Shown: positions 62,067 to 64,000 of the stretch, piece after piece
How positions within the stretch are numbered: the stretch's first letter is position 1
Layout of the letters: the number at the start of each line of letters is the position of its first letter
Origin: Convolutriloba macropyga
Lineage: Eukaryota
Reading direction: 5' to 3'
Length of the DNA stretch: 64,000 bases
Assembly (NCBI RefSeq): GCF_964194025.1
Contig: NC_134475.1
Location: 50,096,001 to 50,160,000 of the forward strand
The notes under the pieces: model-generated
What the model saw: only the letters and a program-made list of their open reading frames with translations
What the model was told of the DNA's origin: nothing
Databases searched by the model: none
Position numbers and translations under genes: made by a program

Positions 62067-64000
62067 AAAAATATGGATGGTAATGTGCGTTCGCACATAA
62101 AATTCCGACCCCGCTCATCCACTTTTTTGGCATTATTCCTGAAAATTCAAGTATTTCCAGAAATTGCTGTATGAACAAAAAAATCATCTCCAACGCAAAT
62201 ACTTCAGTGGATTAACAAAAGCCGCATTAGATTGATGAGACCTGCCATTACTAAGAAAGCGAGGCAAGACCAAAAACAAAATCAAACAACAACAACAATA
62301 ATCACATCCAAAACTTAATGTCCATCTTTTTAAAAAAATTTTAATAACAAAGTCAAGAGAGCGTTAGATAAAACAGAAATTGAACAAAATAACTTGTACT
62401 TTACTGGAAGAGACATGCGACCAGTCCATAATAAGGCCCGGTTACAATTAGACAAAGAACAAAAACAGCAACGTTAATAAATTCGCTTATATTTTCGAAA
62501 ACAATAAATTTCAAGGTAATGAAAACCAAAACATATCAACTGAAGTTATCCAAAATGTTTTATTATCAGCGATGCCTACATAGGAGGGCATTAAGAACTG
62601 TCTTGAGGAGGTCACTAAGAACTGTCTTTATTCAATTTTTTCGCGGTTACAAAAAGAAGAACAAAGAGAAAACATCCGAACATTCAATTGAAACTAGTGA
62701 GAAAACGCTGTCGCAGCCTTAAAGCCATATTCTCCCCCTCAAACTATGTTTGGTTGCGCCTTCTCCAAGTAACAAAAAATGGTATGTCACCTCTCATTAA
62801 TCAGACAAAGTAAAAACTGACAAAAGAGAAGGGGAAATAATAATAAAAACTTTTGTGCCTTTCGAAAACAGTTTTCAAAGTCATAAAAGCCAATAGATAC
62901 AGAAGAAAATGATTAAATAGGTTCGATTAGTGGTCCCATGGAAGCGCTTGAGACCTGTAATTATTCAGAAAATGTCTTACGTTTACAAAAAAACATCAAA
63001 TAGACAAAAAAAAATCTTTTTTTTTTGCGGAAAACCCGTGTCGAAGCAAGCTAAGTCATAACGAATTCTTTAAAAACTTTAGATTATGTACACATGCTCC
63101 TTCTTCCGACGCCAATAATGTCATATGTGATCTGTAATAAGCGAGACTAGCTAACAAATACACACGAAACGAGAAAAATGCTAAATTACGAACTGTTTTT
63201 TTTGAAAAAAAAAATTGTTTTCAAAGTCATGAAAGCCATCAGCCACCAACTCAAATCAAATAAGCTCATCTCACCCTCCATAAAAATCCAATGAAGCCTG
63301 TCAATCTCCAGGAAAATCTATCCGACTAAAAGACAAAGTGAAGTCAACAGTTGAAGAAAAAATTAAAAAAATCAATTAAACTCTTCGAGAAAGTGGTGCC
63401 GAAGCCGCTAAAACCATAATCTATGCCTTTAAAGATTTTCATATGCTCAAATGTCCCTTATTGAGAACACCAGTAAGGTCTTGTGTAAACTGTGAATAAT
63501 GTGACAATGTGAAAAAACGACAAAGACGTGAAAACTGCCCTAAAAGTAAAAAAAAATGAGAAATTTGGTAGAATCAAATCCAGAATACCATAACAAACAC
63601 ATGAAACAGCAATAAAGATAAAATTTTGATTCAGTAGTAAGAAAAAATTATTCTCTCATTGCTGACACTGAGCTACAAGTTGACCAAAGTAAAAAAAAAT
63701 AGTGGCAAAAGCCAAAAAGCCATTGTTTATTTAAAAGTCAAACAAACTTTAAAGTCAAAACGACTACAAGCTTTCGAGTGGAAAAACTAGTTACATTAAT
63801 TTGGAACTGCATAGAAAGCCAATTGTACCTAACACCCGTGAGCTTTGATTTGAATTGTTCTGTTCTTAAATTTACAAAAAAAAAGATCGATTTTTTTTTA
63901 AAAAAAGATCGACTGATTACAATCCGAATTAGTTTTGGATTGCAAGTCCAAGATTGGAGCGAAACTAACGTTGCTATTGTTTTTCGTCCGTTAGGAACAC
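62067..64000 (-). mobile_element. HINE family B second copy, inverted and diverged, runs off the window
   Basis: Hairpin ATGTGCG-TT-CGCACAT (62083..62098) plus TTCCGACCCC; colinear reverse-complement similarity to ~6350..8310 (e.g. 63890..63952 vs 6361..6430). Confidence 0.78.

Overview
This is AT-rich eukaryotic genomic DNA (spliceosomal introns, metazoan-type transposons), most consistent with an invertebrate animal and not a prokaryote. There are two host genes. One is a 7-exon GPI inositol-deacylase (PGAP1) on the minus strand (31470..59432) with an intact Ser/Asp/His triad; one splice junction is unresolved. The other is a small spliced plus-strand gene of unknown function (exons 10127..10355, 12578..12752, 24535..24612). 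The rest is largely transposable elements: (1) a decayed Ty1/copia element running off the left edge; (2) a full-length 10-kb Ty3/gypsy provirus (13155..23198, minus) with ~98.5%-identical LTRs, an F-type (class I fusion) env behind an apparent internal promoter, and, between protease and RT, a dUTPase-like relic followed by a degenerate TARG1/OARD1-class macrodomain; (3) a Tc1 deletion derivative; (4) two families of Helentron-associated (DINE-1/HINE-like) elements, one with about 7 co-oriented copies in 17 kb; (5) a nested stack in one PGAP1 intron (MULE > LINE > copia-primed TRIM, plus a higher-order minisatellite); (6) CACTA-like, CRE-like, hAT-like and SINE-like relics. The env- and macrodomain-bearing retrovirus-like element is the most interesting system. 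All homology calls come from motif recognition and alignment by eye; no searches were run.
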